A stretch of DNA of 32,000 bases from Brevundimonas sp. G8. GTDB taxonomy: Bacteria > Pseudomonadota > Alphaproteobacteria > Caulobacterales > Caulobacteraceae. The notes beneath the pieces are model-generated. The model saw only the letters and a program-made list of their open reading frames with translations, was not told where the DNA came from and did no database searches. The position numbers and the translations under genes were made by a program. Location: contig NZ_LR732816.1 in the NCBI RefSeq assembly GCF_902506205.1, forward strand, positions 1,283,968-1,315,967, in the 5' to 3' direction. Shown in pieces: positions 16,890 through 24,544 of the stretch. The stretch's first letter is position 1; each line of letters starts with the position of its first letter.

Positions 16890-18659
16890 TCAGGCTTCGG
16901 ATCTCGGGAATGTCCGCACGGCGGCCGGCGCGGACAGGGGAAACAGCAGATCGACGAAACGCTCGGCGGTCGGTTGGGGTTCGTGGTTGGCCAGGCCGGG
17001 GCGCTCGTTCGCCTCGATGAAGGCGTAGTCCGGCTCGCGCGGCGACTTCACCATCAGGTCGATGCCGGTGACGGGAATGTCTATGGCGCGGGCGGCGGCG
17101 ATGGCGGCGCGGATCAGGGCGGGATGCACCTCGTCCGTCACATCGTGGATGGTGCCGCCCAGGTGAAGATTGGCCGCCTTGCGCACCAGAACCTCGGCCC
17201 CCTCCGGCGCCACATCGTCGAGACCATAGCCGGCTTCGGCCAGGGTGCGTTCGGTCTCGCCGTCGATGGGGATGGTGGATTCTCCGCCTGTCGCGGCGGC
17301 GCGGCGGCGGCTCTGGTGTTCGATCAGGGCGCGCAAGGTGGAGCGGCCGTCGCCGATGACGCGCGGCGGACGACGCAGCGCGCAGGCGACGACCTTGTAG
17401 TCGATCACCACCAGCCGCAGGTCCTCGCCCTGGACCTGTTCCTCGATCAGAACCTCGGAACAGATGCGACGCGCGCGGGTCAGGGCCGTCTGGACTTCGT
17501 TCATCGTCGTCAGGCCCACGGCGACCCCCTGTCCCTGTTCACCGCGCGCGGGCTTGACCACCAGGGCGCCGAACTTGGCTAACGCGGCTTCGATAGCCGA
17601 GGGGTTTTCGGGGTCGATCCGCTCGGGCACGCGCACTCCGGCCGCCTCGACGATGCGGCGCGTCATCCGCTTGTCGTCGCAGATGCTGAGCGCCACGGCC
17701 GAGGTCAGTTCTGACAGGCTTTCGCGACACCGCACCGACCGACCGCCCCAGTTGAGGCGGAACAGCCCGCCCTCGGCGTCGATGATCTCGGTATGGATGC
17801 CGCGCCGACGCGCCTCGTCAACGATGATCCGGGCATAGGGATTCAGGTCGTGGTCGTCGGTCGGGCCGACGAACAGGGCCTCGTTGATCGGGTTCTTGCG
17901 CTTGACGCCGAAGAAGGAGACGCGGCGAAAGCCCAGCTTCTCGTACAGGGCGATGGCCTGGTCGTTGTCGTGCATGACCGACAGGTCCATGTGCGCCAGA
18001 CCTTGCGTCTTGAAGTGCTCGGCCAGACGCCGGACCAGCGCCTCGCCGACGCCGGGCTGGGTCGCCTGGGGATCGACCGCCAGACACCACAGGGACGAGC
18101 CGCACTCGGGATCCTGAAACGCGCGGGCGTGGTTGACGCCCGTCACGGTGCCGATGACCACGCCGGTCGCCGTATCCTCGGCGACGAAATAGGTGATGGT
18201 CCGGTCGTCGCGGTGGGACCAGAAGAAGTCTGGCGGAACCGGCACCATCTTGCGCTTGGCGTAGATGTCGTTGACCGCCTGGGCGTCCATCTCCGACGTC
18301 AGGCGACGCACGGTGAAGCCCCGCGGCTGGCGGCGGCTGGCGCGATAGGTGGCCAGTTCCAGCCGATAGGTGTGCGACGGATCCAGGAACAGCTCCTGAG
18401 GCGCAGAGGCCAGCAGGACGTGCGGATTGCGAACATAGAAGGCGATGTCGCGCCGATCCGGCCCCTCGGCGCGCAGGGCCTCGACCAGAGGCTCGGCCGT
18501 CTCGAAGGTCTGAGCGAACAGCAGCCGCCCCCAGCCGCAGTCCAGCACGGCGTCGGGCGCAGGTCCATCGCCGGACTGCACCGGCGGCTTCAGGCCCTCG
18601 TCGCGCAGGCGTTTGAGCCGGTGGGCTTTTGACCGCTCGGGACGGATGTCAGACGCCAT
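16890..18659 (-). CDS. ngg: N-acetylglutaminylglutamine synthetase (GNAT acetyltransferase + ATP-grasp ligase fusion)
   Basis: The 589-aa product has a GNAT region (VDPQATQPGVGEALVRRL) followed by an ATP-grasp/RimK-like region (LVVKPARGEQGQGVAV). It sits between asnO and the M42 peptidase, as in the known NAGGN gene trio. Confidence 0.88.
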   Translation of the reverse strand: MASDIRPERSKAHRLKRLRDEGLKPPVQSGDGPAPDAVLDCGWGRLLFAQTFETAEPLVEALRAEGPDRRDIAFYVRNPHVLLASAPQELFLDPSHTYRLELATYRASRRQPRGFTVRRLTSEMDAQAVNDIYAKRKMVPVPPDFFWSHRDDRTITYFVAEDTATGVVIGTVTGVNHARAFQDPECGSSLWCLAVDPQATQPGVGEALVRRLAEHFKTQGLAHMDLSVMHDNDQAIALYEKLGFRRVSFFGVKRKNPINEALFVGPTDDHDLNPYARIIVDEARRRGIHTEIIDAEGGLFRLNWGGRSVRCRESLSELTSAVALSICDDKRMTRRIVEAAGVRVPERIDPENPSAIEAALAKFGALVVKPARGEQGQGVAVGLTTMNEVQTALTRARRICSEVLIEEQVQGEDLRLVVIDYKVVACALRRPPRVIGDGRSTLRALIEHQSRRRAAATGGESTIPIDGETERTLAEAGYGLDDVAPEGAEVLVRKAANLHLGGTIHDVTDEVHPALIRAAIAAARAIDIPVTGIDLMVKSPREPDYAFIEANERPGLANHEPQPTAERFVDLLFPLSAPAAVRTFPRSEA

Positions 18660-20424
18660 GCTGCTGCATCCACATTTCGAGGACGGCGACCTGCCACAAC
18701 TCCGACCCGCGCAGGGGCGTGATGTGCTCGGTTGGATTGGCGAACAGGGTGTCCAGATAGGCGGGCTCGAACAGGCCTCGGTCGCGCGCCGCCTGATTGG
18801 TCAGGGCCTCACGCACCATCTCCAGATACGGGCCCTGGATGTATTTCAGCGCAGGCACAGGGAAATAGCCCTTCTTGCGGTCGATCACCTCGGACGGGAT
18901 CACCAGGCGGGCGGCCTCCTTCAGCACGCCCTTGCCGCCCTGAGACAGCTTGTGCTCGGGCGGAATCCGGCCCGCCAGTTCGACCAGCTCGTGATCGAGG
19001 AAGGGAACGCGCGCCTCCAGACCCCAGGCCATGGTCATGTTGTCCACGCGCTTCACCGGATCGTCGACCAGCATCACCTGACTGTCCAGGCGCAGGGCCT
19101 GATCGACCGGCGTGGCCGCGCGCCCTTGCGCGAAATGGGCCTCGACCAGGGCGCGGCTGACGTCGGTGTCGGCCATATAGGCGCCGTTCAACTGGGTCTT
19201 CAGCGTGGCATGGCTGCGGTCGAAGAAGGCCTTGGCGTAGGTCTCGACCGGGTCGGTCGCGCCCAGCATCGGCGGGTACCAGTGATAGCCCGCGAAGACC
19301 TCGTCCGCCCCCTGGCCCGACTGCACCACCTTGATGTGTTTCGAGACTTCCTGGCTCAGCAGATAGAATCCGACGTTGTCGTAGCTGACCATCGGCTCCG
19401 ACATGGCGCCGATGGTGCCCGGCAGAGCCTCCATCAGCCGCTGGTGCGGCACGAAGATCTGGTGGTGCTTGGTGCCGTAATGTTTGGCGATCAGGTCGGA
19501 ATAGACGAACTCGTCGCCCTTCTCGCCATTGGCTTCCTCGAAACCGACCGAGAAGGTCATCAGATCCTTCTGACCCAGTTCAGCCAGCAGGCCGACGATC
19601 AGGCTGGAATCCACCCCGCCCGACAGCAGGACGCCGACCGGCACGTCCGCGACCATGCGACGCTTCACCGCCTCGCGCAGACTGTCCAGCACCCGGTCTC
19701 GCCAATCCTCGGCCGTCAGGGACGCGTCCTCGGCGTGGCGGGTCATGTCGGGTTGCCAGTAGAGGCGGTCCTTGGCCGTTCCGTCCGCTTCGATCACGCG
19801 GATGGTCGCCGGCGGGAACTTCTTGACGCCCTTCAGTATGGTGTGCGGCGGCGGCACCACGGCGTGGAAGGTCATGTAGTGGTGCAGGCCGACCGGATCG
19901 ATGGTCTTGTCCACATCGCCCGCCGCCAGCAGGGCCGGCAAGGTCGAGGCGAAGCGCAGGCGCTTGCCCTGTTCGGCCAGATACAGCGGCTTGATGCCGA
20001 ACCGGTCGCGGGCGATCACGGTGCGGCCGGTGTCGCGTTCATGAAGCACGAAGGCGAACATGCCCTTGAACCGCTCGACGCAGGCCTCGCCCCAGGCCTT
20101 CCAGGCCTTGATGATGACTTCTGTGTCGCCATGCGAGAAGAAGCGGAAGCCCATCCCCTGCAGCTCTTCGCGCAGTTCGGGATAGTTGTAGATGCAGCCG
20201 TTGAAGGCCAGGGTCACGCCCAGCTCGGCGTCCACCATCGGCTGCTGCGCCTTTTCCGACAGGTCGATGATCTTCAGGCGTCGGTGACCCAGCCCCACCG
20301 GGCCGCGCATCACGATGCCGGACCCGTCCGGTCCACGGGGCGAGAGCGCATCGGTCATGCGTTGGACAGCGCCGGCGTCGGCCGGTCGTCCGTCGAAATT
20401 GATCTCGCCGCTAAGACCGCACAT
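18649..20424 (-). CDS. asnO: Asparagine-synthetase-family amidotransferase of the NAGGN system
   Basis: The 591-aa product starts MCGLSG (Ntn Cys2 glutaminase) and has the PP-loop SGGVDSS. An AAGGAGG SD lies 4 nt upstream of the ATG at 20424. Its 3' end overlaps the ngg start by 11 nt. Confidence 0.92.
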   Translation of the reverse strand: MCGLSGEINFDGRPADAGAVQRMTDALSPRGPDGSGIVMRGPVGLGHRRLKIIDLSEKAQQPMVDAELGVTLAFNGCIYNYPELREELQGMGFRFFSHGDTEVIIKAWKAWGEACVERFKGMFAFVLHERDTGRTVIARDRFGIKPLYLAEQGKRLRFASTLPALLAAGDVDKTIDPVGLHHYMTFHAVVPPPHTILKGVKKFPPATIRVIEADGTAKDRLYWQPDMTRHAEDASLTAEDWRDRVLDSLREAVKRRMVADVPVGVLLSGGVDSSLIVGLLAELGQKDLMTFSVGFEEANGEKGDEFVYSDLIAKHYGTKHHQIFVPHQRLMEALPGTIGAMSEPMVSYDNVGFYLLSQEVSKHIKVVQSGQGADEVFAGYHWYPPMLGATDPVETYAKAFFDRSHATLKTQLNGAYMADTDVSRALVEAHFAQGRAATPVDQALRLDSQVMLVDDPVKRVDNMTMAWGLEARVPFLDHELVELAGRIPPEHKLSQGGKGVLKEAARLVIPSEVIDRKKGYFPVPALKYIQGPYLEMVREALTNQAARDRGLFEPAYLDTLFANPTEHITPLRGSELWQVAVLEMWMQQHGV

Positions 20425-20488
20425 GGGCCCTCCTTGAATTGTGGAAGCAGCGCGTACAAATGGTTAGGACACGAAAGAGTTCAACCGA

Positions 20489-21007
20489 ATGAGCGATATT
20501 TCCCTTCGGCCGTTTCCCGATGCAGCGGCTGATCCCACGGCGTCCCTGGTTCGATCGGTCCGGCGCATCGCCCAGGCCATCGACGTCCGGTCACGAGAGA
20601 TCGCCCGCCTGACGGGTCTGACCCTGCCGCAACTGCTGGTGCTGCAATCCATCCGCGCCCTGGGCGAAGTCAGCACCAGCGCCATATCCCGCGACGCCTC
20701 CATGTCGCCCCCGACGGTGGTCGCCGTGCTGGACAAGCTGGAAACCAAGGGAATGGCCGTCCGCTATCGCTCCACCATCGACCGCCGCGTGGTCCATGTG
20801 CGGCTGACGGATGCTGGGCGACAGGCGCTGACCACCTCGCCCGGCTTGTTGGGCGACGGCTTCATCACCGGCTTCGCCCGCCTGTCCTCGGACGAGCAGG
20901 CCGCCATGGCGACGGCCGTGGATCGACTGGCGACGATGATGCAGTTGCGGCCATCGCCGACCCTGGAACAAGGCGGCGTGGACGACATGCCGCCAGGCCT
21001 GACCTGA
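20489..21007 (+). CDS. MarR-family transcriptional regulator
   Basis: The 172-aa product has a winged-HTH MarR pattern (LTLPQLLVLQSIRALGEVSTSAISRDASMSPPTVVAVLDKLETKGMAVRYRSTIDRRVVHVRLTDAG). It is divergent from asnO across 64 bp. Confidence 0.9.
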   Translation: MSDISLRPFPDAAADPTASLVRSVRRIAQAIDVRSREIARLTGLTLPQLLVLQSIRALGEVSTSAISRDASMSPPTVVAVLDKLETKGMAVRYRSTIDRRVVHVRLTDAGRQALTTSPGLLGDGFITGFARLSSDEQAAMATAVDRLATMMQLRPSPTLEQGGVDDMPPGLT

Positions 21008-21010
21008 CGT

Positions 21011-21829
21011 TCAGCCGTCGCGCCATTCGCTGAGCATCTTGCTGTCCGCGTCCTCGAAGGCGACGCGATCAAGTTGGACCGCGCCGATGCAGACCGGCCG
21101 GTGGTCGGGGCTGGCGGCGCGGCAACGAATGGCGCGGCCGTCTGCAAAGGCGGCCATGCGGCCTTCCAGCACCAGGCGATACCCTCGGGTAGGGGCGACG
21201 GGCGGCTGATCGCCCTCGCCGCGCACAGTGAACTCATAGGCGCGACCGTTGCGGCGGCCGGTCCGCGAACCGCCTTCCTTGAAGACCGCCGCCAGCCCCA
21301 TGGTCTGCAGCGACGCCTGACCCTGGGCCAGAGGATCGCCCTGCGCGGCCGGACATCCCTCGGCCCGCAGCCAGGGGCGCGCCAGCCAGAAGCCCTCGGC
21401 CGCCTCCCACGTCTCGGCGTCGCCGGCGATCAGGGCGGACTGCGACCAGTCGCCAGGCGCCAGGCTGAGCTTCAGGCTCTGACGGCCCTCGCCCCAGGTC
21501 AGGGCGGGAAGACCTTCGCTCGCGTTCGCTTGAGCCGGCGCCGGCCCGCCACAACCGAAGGTCTGGCGCACCACGAACCGCCGGCCGGCCAGGGACGCGC
21601 CCCCGACCTCGCGCCCTGCCGCAAAGGCCGAGGCGGCGAGGTCCATGGCCTCAAGCAGGCTGGCGCGATCCAGGGTCGGCGAAGGGGCGACGGTGACGAC
21701 GGGCGTCGGCGCAGCGGGCGCGGGGATCGGCGCGGGCGCGGCCTCCTCGCGTTGGCAGGCGCCGAGGACGAGAAGGGACGCCGCAATCGCGACGACCGAC
21801 GGGCGAGGCGACACGGTCGGTTCGAACAT
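21011..21829 (-). CDS. Hypothetical lipoprotein, unknown function
   Basis: The 272-aa product has a signal peptide with a lipobox-like LLVLGAC, then a Pro/Ala-rich linker, then a domain with 4 further Cys. GC3 periodicity is strong in this frame. I recognised no family. Confidence 0.72.
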   Translation of the reverse strand: MFEPTVSPRPSVVAIAASLLVLGACQREEAAPAPIPAPAAPTPVVTVAPSPTLDRASLLEAMDLAASAFAAGREVGGASLAGRRFVVRQTFGCGGPAPAQANASEGLPALTWGEGRQSLKLSLAPGDWSQSALIAGDAETWEAAEGFWLARPWLRAEGCPAAQGDPLAQGQASLQTMGLAAVFKEGGSRTGRRNGRAYEFTVRGEGDQPPVAPTRGYRLVLEGRMAAFADGRAIRCRAASPDHRPVCIGAVQLDRVAFEDADSKMLSEWRDG

Positions 21830-21918
21830 GGAACCACTCTAGCACGCCGCTCGCTGATGAGGAGGCGAACACCCGAAAAAGGTTGACGTAAGCGACGGGG
21901 GACGCTCTGCACGGCATC

Positions 21919-23328
21919 ATGACTTTCGATCAGATCGCAGCCCTGGCGGTGCTCGTCGGCGTCGTCGGCGTGCTGATCCACGGCAAGGTTCGCGCCGATG
22001 TCGTCGCCCTGACCGGCGCGGCCGTCCTGCTGGTGCTGGGCGTCGTTCGGCCGGTCGAGGTGCAGGGCGCCTTCGCCAGCCCCGCCGTCATCGCGCTCGC
22101 GGGCCTGTTCGTCATCGCCTATGCGATCGAGTTGTCGGGCCTGCTCGGTTGGCTGATCCGCCAGGCGACGCAGTTGGCCGCCCGGATCGGCGCGCGGGGC
22201 ATCTGGATCGTCATCGGCCTGTGCGGTTCCGTCGGCGGTTTCCTGAACAATACGCCGGTAGTGGTGTTGGCCGCGCCGGTGATCCGGGACGTGGCTCAAT
22301 CGCTGCGCCTGTCGCCCAAACGCTTCCTGATGCCGCTCAGCCACGTCACGGTGATGGGCGGCCTGTTGACCCTGATCGGCACTTCGACCAACCTTTTGGT
22401 TAACGATATGGCGCGCAACGCCGGCCAGCCGGTCTTCGGCCTGTTCGAGATCACGCCCGTTGGCTTGGCCATCGCGCTCGTCGGCGGCCTGTGGCTTTAT
22501 TTCGTCGGCGCCCGCCAACTGGGTCGATCCGTCGCCATGGACGAAGCGCAAGCCGCCCGCCTGGCCGAGATGGAGGAAGCGCGTCAACGCGCTGAAGCGG
22601 AGGCCATATCGCGCCGCAAACGTCTGCTGCCCTTCGGCCTGCCGCGCCTGGGCGGCTCTCGCAACCAGGCCGATGGCTCGGGCGATGCGCACCTGGGCGA
22701 CGTCGATCTGTATGGCGCGGCGGACCGGCCGTTCCGATTGCGGCCGGCGATGATCTCGCTGGCGATCTTCGCCCTGGTGATCGCCTCTGCGGCCTTGGGG
22801 TGGGCGCCCATCGCCGCCTCGGCCTTCGCCGGCGCGGTGGCCTTGATCCTGCTGAGGGTCATCACGCCGGAAGAGGCCTATGCCGGTCTGAGGCCCGAAA
22901 TCCTGTTGCTGATCGCCGGCATGGTGGTCGTCGGCACCGCCATCGAGGTGACGGGCCTGGCCTCCGCGGGAGCAGAGCGTCTGATCGGCGTGATCCGGCC
23001 GATGGGACCGCTGGGCGCGCTGATCGTGCTGTACGGCGTGACCCTTTTCGCCACCGAACTGCTGTCCAACGCCACGGTCGCCGTTCTGATTACCCCGATC
23101 GCGGTGGCCCTGGCCGAAAGCCTGGGCGTCGATCCCCGGCCCTTCCTAGTCTGCGTCATGATGGCCGCCTCAGCCGCCTTCGCTACGCCCTTCGGCTATC
23201 AGACCAATGTGCTGGTCTTCAACATGGGCGGCTACAGCTACATGGACTTCGTGCGCGTGGGCCTACCTCTGAACCTGGTCACCTGGGTGGCGGCCATGGT
23301 GGCGATCCCGATCTTCTTCCCGTTCTGA
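21919..23328 (+). CDS. SLC13/ArsB-superfamily anion permease
   Basis: The 469-aa polytopic protein has motifs GGFLNNTPVVVL and LIGTSTNLL in the first half. These are repeated in the second half (ELLSNATVAVL, FGYQTN). A charged ~70-aa central linker joins the halves. Confidence 0.8.
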   Translation: MTFDQIAALAVLVGVVGVLIHGKVRADVVALTGAAVLLVLGVVRPVEVQGAFASPAVIALAGLFVIAYAIELSGLLGWLIRQATQLAARIGARGIWIVIGLCGSVGGFLNNTPVVVLAAPVIRDVAQSLRLSPKRFLMPLSHVTVMGGLLTLIGTSTNLLVNDMARNAGQPVFGLFEITPVGLAIALVGGLWLYFVGARQLGRSVAMDEAQAARLAEMEEARQRAEAEAISRRKRLLPFGLPRLGGSRNQADGSGDAHLGDVDLYGAADRPFRLRPAMISLAIFALVIASAALGWAPIAASAFAGAVALILLRVITPEEAYAGLRPEILLLIAGMVVVGTAIEVTGLASAGAERLIGVIRPMGPLGALIVLYGVTLFATELLSNATVAVLITPIAVALAESLGVDPRPFLVCVMMAASAAFATPFGYQTNVLVFNMGGYSYMDFVRVGLPLNLVTWVAAMVAIPIFFPF

Positions 23329-23337
23329 ACGGTGCTG

Positions 23338-24468
23338 TCAGTCTAACGCAGGACCGTGGTTGCTGGCGAGCACGACATCCTTTTTGATCCGTCCCGCCTG
23401 CACCGCCGTCAGGCGCGCGCCGCGTGAGAAGTCCCCCCGACCGGGGCCCCGCGAGCCGAAGGTCGCGAAGCGAACGTCTTCGGGCTGGAGCATGGTGCGG
23501 GGATCGCCGTCGCGTCCCGTGTACCACATCTCGGTCCAGCCGGCCGGCGCGATGTGGTCGTCCATCCAGCAGTCGAGGAAAGTCGCCGCCCCGACGAAGC
23601 GGGGGTCGCCATATCGTCCATCCGGGAACGCGCTGGAGGGACGCCACGGCCGCCCCAGAAACACAGAATGTCGTGCGACGCCCGCATCCTTGGTCAACCG
23701 GCAATCGTGGAAGACGAAGCCGTAAGCCTGTTCGAGGGGCGTGCTGGGGGCCGCAATATAGCCTTCGACCGGATCGGCGGGTCGCAGGCGCGATCGAATT
23801 TCGCAGCGTTCGAACCAGGCGCGCCCGCCGCCGAAGATGAAATCATAGCTGCCCGTGATCAGGCAGCGATCAAACAGGGTCGCCCCCGCATCGGGGAACA
23901 GGGTGTCCTGATAGCTGAGGATGTCGCAGTTGCGGATGACGGCGCGGTCCGAGCCCTTGTCCATCATCAGGGCCACGGCCTGGGGCCCTGCCCCATTGTG
24001 CGAATGCAGGCCGTTCGGCTTGGTCATTTCCGCCAGACCGTCGAAGGCGTTGTTGATCGTCAAAGTCTCGGCGTGGAAATCGGGAGCCCGCACGAACAGG
24101 GTCGGCGTGCGGAACGTGCCCCACATCCGGCCATCTGGCGCGCCAAGCCCCGAGGCCGCCAGGTGATTGATCACTGACCCCGCTCGATCCTCGCCGATCA
24201 GATGGATGAAGGGTTTGTCCACGACGACCTGCTCGGTCCAGATTCCGCGCGTCACCAGAATGCGGAATGGTCGTCGGCCGTCCGCCGGCGCGGCGGCGAT
24301 GGCGGCGGACAGGCTGGGATAGACGGGCGCCCCGAACTGACGGTCGCCGGGGCCGGCCCAGATAACGGCGTCGAACGCTGTCGCAGCCGCCCATGACGGC
24401 GTCGATGCCATAATGGGCAGGACGGCGCCGGCGGCCAACAGATTGCGACGTGAGACCAGCGGGATCAT
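23338..24468 (-). CDS. CE8-family pectinesterase (pectin methylesterase-like), Tat-exported
   Basis: I trimmed track ORF 23338..24600 to ATG 24468-24466, which has GGAG 6 nt upstream. The product starts MIPLVSRRNLLAAGA (twin-arginine leader). CE8 signature motifs are present: PQAVAL, SYQDTLF, GSYDFIFGG, FLGRPWR. Confidence 0.87.
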   Translation of the reverse strand: MIPLVSRRNLLAAGAVLPIMASTPSWAAATAFDAVIWAGPGDRQFGAPVYPSLSAAIAAAPADGRRPFRILVTRGIWTEQVVVDKPFIHLIGEDRAGSVINHLAASGLGAPDGRMWGTFRTPTLFVRAPDFHAETLTINNAFDGLAEMTKPNGLHSHNGAGPQAVALMMDKGSDRAVIRNCDILSYQDTLFPDAGATLFDRCLITGSYDFIFGGGRAWFERCEIRSRLRPADPVEGYIAAPSTPLEQAYGFVFHDCRLTKDAGVARHSVFLGRPWRPSSAFPDGRYGDPRFVGAATFLDCWMDDHIAPAGWTEMWYTGRDGDPRTMLQPEDVRFATFGSRGPGRGDFSRGARLTAVQAGRIKKDVVLASNHGPALD

Positions 24469-24481
24469 GGCGGCTCCGAAT

Positions 24482-24516
24482 GAAAATCGGCGCCGACCGG
24501 CGAACCGGTCAGCGCC
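24482..24516 (-). terminator. Intrinsic-terminator-like hairpin between the TonB transducer and the pectinesterase
   Basis: The minus-strand RNA would read GGCGCUGACCGG-UUCG-CCGGUCGGCGCC-GAUUUUCAUU. That is a 12-bp stem whose only non-WC pair is G.U on this strand, a UUCG tetraloop and a short U-tract. The U-tract ends 2 nt before the pectinesterase GGAG SD. Confidence 0.5.
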
Positions 24517-24544
24517 AGGTCTCCTTGGGGGAGTTGGGAGTGTC

